This document shows positions 1 through 6,420 of a stretch of 10,245 bases of DNA, in pieces (positions within the stretch are counted from its first letter, which is position 1; each line of letters begins with the position of its first letter). The stretch is from Gemmatimonadaceae bacterium (GTDB lineage Bacteria > Gemmatimonadota > Gemmatimonadetes > Gemmatimonadales > Gemmatimonadaceae). The translations under genes and the position numbers were made by a program. The notes beneath the pieces were generated by a model. It did not search any database. It was not told where the DNA came from and saw only the letters and a program-made list of their open reading frames with translations. Where the stretch lies: positions 1 through 10,245 of the forward strand of contig DASVCF010000097.1 of NCBI GenBank assembly GCA_036381735.1. The letters are read 5' to 3'.

Positions 1-6
1 TCCCGA

Positions 7-1029
7 TCAATCGAACCTGACCCCATTGATCCCCCGATACTCGAGCGCGATCGACTGCCGCACCCGCGCCAGCTCCCGCTCGCGCTCAACGTACGGCGCC
101 TGCGCCTCCTCGAGCGAGATGGCCGTGAATCGCACACGGTCGCCGGGCTTGAGCTGCGCGAGGAGCGGCAGATCCACCGTCGCCACCTCGCCGATCCTCG
201 GATACCCGCCCGTCGTCTGCCGATCCGCCATGAGCACGATCGGACTCCCACTCGGCGGAAGCTGTACCGTGCCGAACGCAACCGGCTCCGACAGCAGCTC
301 GAGCGGTAATGCGAGCTCCAGCGCGGGGCCCTCGAGTCGGTATCCCATGCGGTCCGATTGCGATGAGATGCGGAATTCCCCGCGGTAGAGCTGCTCTCGC
401 GCGACCGGAGTGAGCGCATGCTCGTGCGCGCCCGGTATGAGTCGCACCGCCGGCGCATCGGAATACACGGGGCGGATGGTGGAACCGACACCCCATCGCG
501 CACCGTTGACGCGACCAGCGCCACGCACGAGCGAAGCCGAGAGGCACGCCGCGAGAACGGAGGGCGATCCCACCTGGAGTATGTCGCCGCGCCGGAGCGC
601 GCGTCCGTCGAGCCCGCCGAGCTTCGCGCGCGTGTACGTACTGCGACTGCCGAGCACCGGCGGCACCGCGATCCCGCCGGCGACGGCGAGATACGCACGG
701 CATCCCACGCGAGGCGCACCGAAGGCGAGTGTCGCGCCCGCTGACACCCGCATGGCGCGCCAGGCCGGCACGCGCTCGCCATCGATGCTCGCATTCAGAT
801 CGGCACCCGTGAGGGCAATGAGCGCGTCGCGCTCGAACACCATCGTCGGTCCCCTGAGGGTGATCTCGAGCGCCGCATCGCCTTCGTCATTCCCCACCAG
901 CAGATTCGCGACGCGCAGCGCGAGCGGGTCCATGGCACCGCTCACTGGAACACCTTCGCGCTGATGGCCGACGCGGCCGAGGTCCTGCACGGTGGTGAAC
1001 AGTCCGGGCTGCTCGATGCGAAAGCTCAC
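7..1029 (-). CDS. pxpC: 5-oxoprolinase subunit C / KipA / allophanate-hydrolase subunit 2 family (biotin-dependent carboxyltransferase family protein)
   Basis: 385-aa ORF 7..1164. The region from VSFRIEQPGLFTTVQDLGR onwards looks like the PxpC/KipA family. The probable true start is GTG at 1029-1027, which overlaps the TGA stop of upstream pxpB (GTGA, 4-nt overlap). The 45-aa N-terminal extension in the track is Arg/Ala-rich and overlaps pxpB, so it is probably not translated. Confidence 0.75.
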   Translation of the reverse strand: MSFRIEQPGLFTTVQDLGRVGHQREGVPVSGAMDPLALRVANLLVGNDEGDAALEITLRGPTMVFERDALIALTGADLNASIDGERVPAWRAMRVSAGATLAFGAPRVGCRAYLAVAGGIAVPPVLGSRSTYTRAKLGGLDGRALRRGDILQVGSPSVLAACLSASLVRGAGRVNGARWGVGSTIRPVYSDAPAVRLIPGAHEHALTPVAREQLYRGEFRISSQSDRMGYRLEGPALELALPLELLSEPVAFGTVQLPPSGSPIVLMADRQTTGGYPRIGEVATVDLPLLAQLKPGDRVRFTAISLEEAQAPYVERERELARVRQSIALEYRGINGVRFD

Positions 1030-1736
1030 GCGCGCACGTCCCACGTCAGAAACTCGTCGCGCGAGATCGCGCGGAACCGCACCCGGTCGCCAGCGCGGAG
1101 CAGCGCCGGCTCGTCGCGCTCGGGTGCGAAGAGGCGCAGCGGCGTGCGACCGATCAGCTGCCACCCGCCGGGCGACGCGATGGGATACACGCCCGTCTGA
1201 CTCCCGCCGATGCCCACGCTCCCCGCCGGCACGAGCGTGCGCGGCTCGCGACGGCGCGGCGTCGCGATACGCTCGGACAGCCCGCCGAGGTACGGAAAGC
1301 CCGGCGCGAAGCCGATCATGTGCACGAGATAGTCGCCGCCGGTATGCACGCGGACGACCTCGTCGGCCGTGAGCCCGTGATGATGCGCGACATCATCGAG
1401 ATCCGGTCCGAGCTCGCCGCCGTAACAGACGGGGATCTCGACCATGCGCGGAGGCGGGAGCGCCTCGTCGTCGAGGTGCCCGAGCGCGCCGGTGAGCAGC
1501 TCGGTCATGCGCGCGTACGGGTTCTGCGCGCGCTCGCGCATGGGCACCCGCGCCGGATCGTAGTGCACCGCCACGCTCGCGAACGCGGGCACGTACTCGA
1601 TCATCCCGGGAATCGGATGCGCAGCGAGGCGCGCACACACCGCACGCACGCGCCGGCGCGTCGCCTCGTCGATGGACGAACCGACCTGGATGATGACCGC
1701 GCGGTCACCGAGCGCCGAGAAGGAGATGTCGGGCAT
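1026..1736 (-). CDS. pxpB: 5-oxoprolinase subunit B / KipI / allophanate-hydrolase subunit 1 family
   Basis: 236-aa ORF. MPDISFSALGDRAVIIQVG...IEYVPAFASVAVHYDP is typical of the PxpB/KipI N-terminus (cyclophilin-like fold family). GAGG lies 3 nt upstream of the ATG. The gene sits immediately upstream of, and is translationally coupled to, pxpC. Confidence 0.75.
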   Translation of the reverse strand: MPDISFSALGDRAVIIQVGSSIDEATRRRVRAVCARLAAHPIPGMIEYVPAFASVAVHYDPARVPMRERAQNPYARMTELLTGALGHLDDEALPPPRMVEIPVCYGGELGPDLDDVAHHHGLTADEVVRVHTGGDYLVHMIGFAPGFPYLGGLSERIATPRRREPRTLVPAGSVGIGGSQTGVYPIASPGGWQLIGRTPLRLFAPERDEPALLRAGDRVRFRAISRDEFLTWDVRA

Positions 1737-1781
1737 GAGCCTCGCGACAAAGCATGGCGAGACGAGCGGTATGTCGTCTAG

Positions 1782-1811
1782 ATTGCGCGCTGCGCCATTG
1801 CACGCTGCGCC
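1782..1811. repeat. Perfectly tandem 15-bp direct repeat ATTGC(G/A)CGCTGCGCC x2 in the divergent pxpB / hypothetical-gene promoter region
   Basis: Read directly: 1782-1796 ATTGCGCGCTGCGCC and 1797-1811 ATTGCACGCTGCGCC, one mismatch. It lies in the 149-bp intergenic region between divergent genes. A TATAAC -10-like hexamer follows at about 1826-1831. Confidence 0.5.
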
Positions 1812-1885
1812 GCACCACCCGTCGCGTATAACATATCGTCGCCCGCGCGCTCCGGCGCGCGCTCCCGTGCCGGGGTCCAGCTCCC

Positions 1886-2428
1886 ATGCCCGAGCTCACC
1901 ATCCGCATCAAGAAGAACAGCGACGGCTCTGCGGCGCTCACCTGCACGCGTGCCGACGGTACCGTCACATGGCAGCGCCAGCCGGGACAGCGCGGTCGCT
2001 TCTTCCCCTTTCACGACCTCACGCACTACACGGTCGAGCACGAGCTCGGCTTCGCCAGCGGCTTCTTCGGGCTCATCGCCGCGGGGTGGGACATCCCGGA
2101 CACGGGCGGCAAGGGAGCGCGGGGACCGCTGCCGCCCGAGGCCATCATCGTCGAGCACATCGTCGGGGCGTTGGACGCGGAGCGCAACGTTGGCGCGACG
2201 TGGACCACGGCCGAGTTCAACGAGCATCTCGCACTCGCCGCGGCAACCCGGCAGTCGGTGCTCCCCCCCGCGCTCGACGACGAGCAGCTCGCGCGCCTGC
2301 GCGCCACCCGACACGAGCTGTTCGCGCGTTGGCGCGCGCTGCAGCCCGGCGATGCGCTCGAGCTACCGTTCGATCGTCGGTCCGTCCAGCTGGTGTCTCG
2401 GCCCGAGCACGCTCCGGGCGGCGCGTGA
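1886..2428 (+). CDS. hypothetical protein (180 aa), no family recognised
   Basis: Clean ATG ORF in an otherwise unoccupied interval, divergent from pxpB and convergent with the metallophosphoesterase gene. Its composition is coding-like rather than Arg/Pro-rich artefact (KKNSDG, HDLTHYTVEHELGF, WTTAEFNEHL). I see no recognisable motif. Confidence 0.5.
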   Translation: MPELTIRIKKNSDGSAALTCTRADGTVTWQRQPGQRGRFFPFHDLTHYTVEHELGFASGFFGLIAAGWDIPDTGGKGARGPLPPEAIIVEHIVGALDAERNVGATWTTAEFNEHLALAAATRQSVLPPALDDEQLARLRATRHELFARWRALQPGDALELPFDRRSVQLVSRPEHAPGGA

Positions 2429-2459
2429 GGGCGCGATCCCGTGCACGCACGCCAGCACG

Positions 2460-3215
2460 CTACCGCGCCGATCGCCCTCCCACCCTGAGAAACTCGGCGA
2501 ATTCATCCGGCAGCGCGCTCTCTCGAATCCCCTGCATCGATCGCTCGACATCGTATTCCACCCTGATGACGTCGACCTCCACGGCACGGGTACCGACGTC
2601 AAGGAGTACGTAACCCGCCCTCCAGTCTCCATCCTTCGGGCGGCCCACCGATCCGGTGTTCACGAAGTGCACGCCGTCAACGGTACGGTGCCAGGGAACG
2701 TGCGTGTGGCCGAAGCACAGCACGTCGCCCTCGCTGAGACTCGCAGCCACAGCCATCTTCTCGAGGAAAGCATCGGAGCGGCTTACATCCACGTAGACCA
2801 GGTTGTTCGTCGGATGCGCATGGACGAGTACGACACGCGGCCCGCTCACGTGTCCGCCGAGCGGGCGCAGTTCGAGCTGAAACGGCAGCGCGGCCAGCAC
2901 CGCTTTCGCTGGCGCGCTCACGTGCTCCCGCGTCCACGCGTACGACAGATGCGAGAGCTCCTCCTGCCGAGGATCCTCGGCGCGGCAGCCGCAATGCTTG
3001 TAATCCGCCGCGATGGTCGAGTCGTAGTTGCCGGCCACGCCGGGAATGCCGGCGCGCTGCACGCACTCCACCACCTCGTTCGGCCACGGTGCGTACCCGA
3101 CGAGATCGCCCAGGTGGAAGGTCGCGTCGGCGTCGTCGCGGCGGCCGATGTCCTCCAGCACTGCCTCGAGCGCCGGCAGGTTCGCGTGAATGTCGGAGAT
3201 GAGTGCGTAGCGCAT
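2460..3215 (-). CDS. calcineurin-like metallophosphoesterase (YfcE/MJ0936-type phosphodiesterase family)
   Basis: 251 aa. It has the canonical metallophosphoesterase motifs: ISDIHAN (D-x-H), HLGDLVGY (GD), GNYD (GNH/YD/E), HAHP and FGHTHVP (GH-x-H). The start ATG at 3215 is only 18 nt downstream of the acr3 stop on the same strand. Confidence 0.8.
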   Translation of the reverse strand: MRYALISDIHANLPALEAVLEDIGRRDDADATFHLGDLVGYAPWPNEVVECVQRAGIPGVAGNYDSTIAADYKHCGCRAEDPRQEELSHLSYAWTREHVSAPAKAVLAALPFQLELRPLGGHVSGPRVVLVHAHPTNNLVYVDVSRSDAFLEKMAVAASLSEGDVLCFGHTHVPWHRTVDGVHFVNTGSVGRPKDGDWRAGYVLLDVGTRAVEVDVIRVEYDVERSMQGIRESALPDEFAEFLRVGGRSAR

Positions 3216-3233
3216 GTGTCTTCGACAGAGTGG

Positions 3234-4358
3234 TCAGCGCTCCACGGCGGCGACAGGGAAGAATCGGCGCCGCGCCCACAGTGAGACGTACACGAGCGCG
3301 ATCAACGCCGGCACCTCGATGAGCGGCCCGACGACCGCCGCGAGTGCTTCCCCCGATCCGATGCCGAAAGTCGCGACCGCCACGGCGATGGCGAGCTCGA
3401 AGTTATTGCCGGCCGCCGTGAAGGACAGCGATGCCGTCTGCGGATAATCGAAGCCGAGCTTCGCCGAGAGCGCGAAGACGACACCGAACATCACGACGAA
3501 GTAGATGACGAGCGGCACCGCGATGCGGACCACGTCGAGTGGCAGCTGGAGAATCCGGCCACCCTGCATCGTGAACATCAGCACGATAGTGTAGAGCAGT
3601 CCCACCAGCGCGGTCGGTCCGAACTTCGGCAGAAAGCTCCCGGTGTACCAGGCCTCGCCTCGGCGAGCGACGAGTGCCCGCCGCGTCGCATAGCCCGCGA
3701 GCAGCGGGAGTCCCAGGAAGATCAGCACGCTCTTCGCGATCGCCCACATCGATACGCGAACCGCCACCGCATCGCCGCCGAACCAACCGGGCACCTTCAC
3801 GAGAAAGACCCAGCCGAGGAGCGCGTACGTCAGTATCTGAAAGACCGCGTTCAGGGCGACGAGCACTGCCGCGAGCTCGGCGGAGCCGCAGGCGAGGTCG
3901 TTCCAGATGAGCACCATCGCGATGCACCGCGCGAGCCCGATCAGGATGAGTCCGTTGCGATAGGCTGGCAGATCCGGCAGAAAGATCCATGCGAGCGCGA
4001 CCATCACGATCGGCCCCAGGATCCAGTTGAACACGAGCGATGTACCCAGCAGACGCCTGTCGGCGACGTGCCGACCGATCGTGTCGTAGCGAACCTTGGC
4101 CAGTACCGGGTACATCATCCAGAACAACCCGATCCCGATGGGCAACGAGACGCCGGCGACTTGCACCTGATCGAGTGCGGCGCCGAGTCCTGGCGCAACG
4201 TGGCCGAGGAGGAGCCCGAGCGCCATCGCCATGAAGATCCAGACCGGGAGAAAACGGTCGAGCACGGAGAGGCGCGACGCCACCGGAATGGTGGACGTGG
4301 CCTCATCGAGTGGGCGCGGTGCATGCTGCGCCGGTGCAGGCTGCGCGGTGTGCGTCAT
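3234..4358 (-). CDS. acr3: ACR3-family arsenite efflux permease
   Basis: 374 aa, polytopic membrane protein. N-terminal LSVLDRFLPVWIFMAMALGLLLG and later LFWMMYPVLAKVRY are characteristic of ACR3 (BART superfamily) arsenite carriers. It sits in an ars context (arsR, arsM, arsN upstream on the same strand). Confidence 0.85.
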   Translation of the reverse strand: MTHTAQPAPAQHAPRPLDEATSTIPVASRLSVLDRFLPVWIFMAMALGLLLGHVAPGLGAALDQVQVAGVSLPIGIGLFWMMYPVLAKVRYDTIGRHVADRRLLGTSLVFNWILGPIVMVALAWIFLPDLPAYRNGLILIGLARCIAMVLIWNDLACGSAELAAVLVALNAVFQILTYALLGWVFLVKVPGWFGGDAVAVRVSMWAIAKSVLIFLGLPLLAGYATRRALVARRGEAWYTGSFLPKFGPTALVGLLYTIVLMFTMQGGRILQLPLDVVRIAVPLVIYFVVMFGVVFALSAKLGFDYPQTASLSFTAAGNNFELAIAVAVATFGIGSGEALAAVVGPLIEVPALIALVYVSLWARRRFFPVAAVER

Positions 4359-4386
4359 CGGGTGAATCGTCTCTGGTCCTGGTGAC

Positions 4387-4836
4387 TCACCGCGCGCTCA
4401 GCGCGCAGCACATGACCGTCGCCGAGTCGGGACACACGCCCTGAAACTCGGTGGTAGCGCGCACCGCGGCAGGTACCGCATCACGCGTCGTCTTCTGAAA
4501 GCCGAAGCTCGGGAAGTAGTGCTCGGCCGTCGTCGTCAACAAGTACAGCGCACGGATGCCGCGTGCTTCGGCGTCGGCGATGACCCGCATCACGAGCGCG
4601 CGCCCCACTCCTCGGCTTCGCCACTCGGGCGCGACTGCCACTGAGCGCAGCAACGCCTCATCGCAGCACAGCTCCAACCCGGCGACGCCCACGAGCGCGC
4701 CGTCCGCCTCGGCTACGATGAACGTGCGCAGATGATCCGCGACGCCCGCGAGCGGGAGCTCCGACGCGGTGAGCAAGCGCTCGATCGCCGCAAGATCGGT
4801 TTCGCGAGCCGGACGTACAGTGGCGCCGTTACTCAT
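4387..4836 (-). CDS. arsN2: GNAT-family N-acetyltransferase, ArsN2-like (arsenic-resistance N-acetyltransferase)
   Basis: 149 aa. GNAT acetyl-CoA motif region RSVAVAPEWRSRGVGRALV (Q/RxxGxG/A). The ATG at 4836 overlaps the arsM TGA stop (ATGA), which indicates translational coupling inside the ars operon. The family-level call is from memory of ArsN2 architecture, not from a search. Confidence 0.6.
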   Translation of the reverse strand: MSNGATVRPARETDLAAIERLLTASELPLAGVADHLRTFIVAEADGALVGVAGLELCCDEALLRSVAVAPEWRSRGVGRALVMRVIADAEARGIRALYLLTTTAEHYFPSFGFQKTTRDAVPAAVRATTEFQGVCPDSATVMCCALSAR

Positions 4837-5756
4837 ACCGGCTTCCTCGCGCGCACGAACGCCGCCCCCACCTTCCCCGCCACTTCAGCGGCGACGCGGT
4901 CGATGTCGAGCCCCGCATTCACGAGGAACGCGCGCGCGTCCTCGATGTCGTACGTCCGCGTCATCTCGATGCTCGCGTCCTCGAACCCCGCGTCGGCGAG
5001 CAGCGCGAGGAATTCGTCATCCTGCAGCGCGCCGGCCACGCACCCCACCCACAGCTCCATGCTGCGCTTCACGTCGGCCGGCAGCTCGCCCTGCACGACG
5101 ACATCCGACACCGCGAAGCGACCGCCGGGCTTGAGCACACGAAACGCTTCGGACAAGACGCGCCGCTTGTCGCCCGAGAGGTTGATCACGCAATTCGAGA
5201 TGATGACGTCGACCGAGTTATCGGGGAGCGGGATCTCCTCGATCTGCCCCTTGAGGAACTCGACGTTCGTCACGCCGGCTTCGGCCGCGTTGCGCCGCGC
5301 GAGCTCGAGCATCTCGTCGGTCATGTCGAGCCCGTAAGCCTTGCCGGCGGGCCCCACGCGGCGCGCCGAGAGCAGCACGTCGATCCCGCCGCCGGAGCCG
5401 AGGTCGAGCACGATCTCGCCCTCGTGCAGCTCCGCGAGCACCGTCGGGTTGCCGCAGCCGAGCGACGCGAGGACGGCAGCTTCCGGAAGCTCGTCCGTCT
5501 CGCCCGTCACGTAGAGGTTCGAGGTGATGGGATCGCACGAGGCGGCGGCGGAGCCGGTGCAGCAGCCTGTACGCGAGCAGCAATCAGCGGGCGCTCCTTC
5601 GCCCGACAGTACCCGGCGCGCGGCCGCGCCGTACTTCTCGCGCACTGTGGTCGTCACGTCATCCATCGGTGCGGCCGCGCTCGGCTGCATGGTGTCGGCA
5701 CAGCAGTCGGGTCCGCAGCAGGGCTGCGTGGCGGTCGTGACTGGCAGGGTGGCCAT
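4833..5756 (-). CDS. arsM: arsenite S-adenosylmethionine methyltransferase ArsM
   Basis: SAM-MTase motif IVLDLGSGGGIDV. Conserved ArsM cysteines in context (LGCGNP, ISNCVINLSGDK, WVGCVAGAL). Cys-rich N-terminus. The preferred start is ATG 5756, preceded by GGAG at a 6-nt spacing. The track's 5768 start is TTG. Confidence 0.85.
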   Translation of the reverse strand: MATLPVTTATQPCCGPDCCADTMQPSAAAPMDDVTTTVREKYGAAARRVLSGEGAPADCCSRTGCCTGSAAASCDPITSNLYVTGETDELPEAAVLASLGCGNPTVLAELHEGEIVLDLGSGGGIDVLLSARRVGPAGKAYGLDMTDEMLELARRNAAEAGVTNVEFLKGQIEEIPLPDNSVDVIISNCVINLSGDKRRVLSEAFRVLKPGGRFAVSDVVVQGELPADVKRSMELWVGCVAGALQDDEFLALLADAGFEDASIEMTRTYDIEDARAFLVNAGLDIDRVAAEVAGKVGAAFVRARKPV

Positions 5757-5770
5757 GGGACGCTCCAACG

Positions 5771-5786
5771 ATCAAGAAATGTTGAT
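5771..5786. promoter_or_regulatory. ArsR-operator-like palindrome ATCAAG-AAAT-GTTGAT immediately upstream of arsM, within an AT-rich island 5771-5795
   Basis: Read directly. It shares the core ATCAA-N6-TTGAT with the palindrome upstream of arsR and is followed by TATATA. The surrounding DNA is about 70% GC, so this 25-bp AT-rich patch stands out. Confidence 0.5.
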
Positions 5787-5845
5787 ATATAAGACAGCGA
5801 GATGGCGCTGCGAACGAGACTGCGACACGAGCATGAGAGGTGTCG

Positions 5846-6175
5846 CTACCCGCAGCAGCGCCCCGAGCGAACGAACGACTTGGACTTCGACGGCTGCAAC
5901 GCCACGGCCAGGTCGTGCACCTCGGCGAGCGCCTCGGGCACGATGCTGTAGTACGACCAGCGCCCTTCCTTCCGGTCCGTCACGAGCCCCGCTTCCTTGA
6001 GCACGCGCAAGTGAAACGAGAGCCGCGACTGCGCCGCATCGAGCGTGTCCTGCAGCTCGCAGACGCAGTGCTCACCGCTCCGGAGCATGTCCAGGATGGT
6101 GAGGCGCGTCTCGTCCGAGAGCGCATGGAAGAGCTGCGCGGCGCGGGTGAGGTCGAGGGCTTCGGCGGTCGGCAT
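5846..6175 (-). CDS. arsR: ArsR/SmtB-family metalloregulatory transcriptional repressor
   Basis: wHTH DNA-binding region LSDETRLTILDMLRSGEHCVCELQDTL carries the type-1 As(III)-binding Cys pair (HCVCE, cf. ELCVCDL). The protein ends ...RSGRCCG. The preferred start is ATG 6175 (109 aa). The track's 6211 start is TTG and would place the operator and promoter inside the ORF. Confidence 0.85.
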   Translation of the reverse strand: MPTAEALDLTRAAQLFHALSDETRLTILDMLRSGEHCVCELQDTLDAAQSRLSFHLRVLKEAGLVTDRKEGRWSYYSIVPEALAEVHDLAVALQPSKSKSFVRSGRCCG

Positions 6176-6183
6176 GGGGGAAG

Positions 6184-6211
6184 AATATATCAACACAAGT
6201 TGATACGTCAA
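6184..6211 (-). promoter_or_regulatory. Sigma70-like promoter TTGACG-N16-TATATT with a perfect 7-bp inverted repeat (TATCAAC-ACAA-GTTGATA, 6188-6205) in the spacer. Predicted TSS is at or within 2 nt of the arsR ATG, i.e. a leaderless mRNA.
   Basis: On the minus strand the -35 TTGACG is at 6211..6206 and the -10 TATATT at 6189..6184. The palindrome sits exactly between them. The arsR ATG is at 6175, 8 nt past the -10, and no SD is present. Confidence 0.55.
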
Positions 6212-6284
6212 GTGCGGGCCGCTTTACCCCAGGCGCAGCCGGCTCGCGGCCGAGGCTCGGCCCCGCGCCGGTCGATCTCCGGGA

Positions 6285-6314
6285 TTGGCGCCCCGCGCCG
6301 CTGACGCGTATCAT
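6285..6314 (+). promoter_or_regulatory. candidate promoter TTGGCG-N18-TATCAT for the nfeD–flotillin operon
   Basis: The hexamers are read directly. The 18-nt spacing is suboptimal. It lies in the 245-bp GC-rich arsR/nfeD divergent intergenic region. This is a weak call. Confidence 0.2.
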
Positions 6315-6420
6315 CTCTCGTCGCGCGGCCCCGCACGACCGCGGCCGATACCGTCCATGCACGCCCCCGCCGGCCGCCGAGCCGGTTCGTCCGCGCTGTC
6401 GACCCCAACACGGTCCTCCC

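Noticed and set aside
86-1781. Multiple overlapping Arg-rich ORFs (86..703 -, 410..964 +, 992..1372 +, 1320..1781 +, 1393..1638 -) in the pxpBC region
   Set aside because: Arg/Ala/Pro-rich, high-GC frame artefacts overlapping the well-supported PxpB/PxpC frames.
2429-2477. Imperfect inverted repeat (GGGCGCGATC ... GATCGCCC) between the convergent hypothetical gene and the MPE gene as a possible terminator
   Set aside because: The arms are short and imperfect with a ~30-nt loop and there is no U-tract. The evidence is insufficient to call.
1950-3284. 444-aa plus-strand ORF spanning the antisense of the metallophosphoesterase and the acr3 3' end
   Set aside because: Ser/Arg/Pro/Thr-rich low-complexity translation typical of the wrong frame in about 70% GC DNA. 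It overlaps two well-supported genes on the other strand and has no recognisable domain.
5768-6211. Track-proposed TTG starts for arsM (5768) and arsR (6211)
   Set aside because: Both would place operator and promoter elements inside the coding region. Downstream ATGs (5756 with a GGAG SD, 6175 leaderless) fit better.
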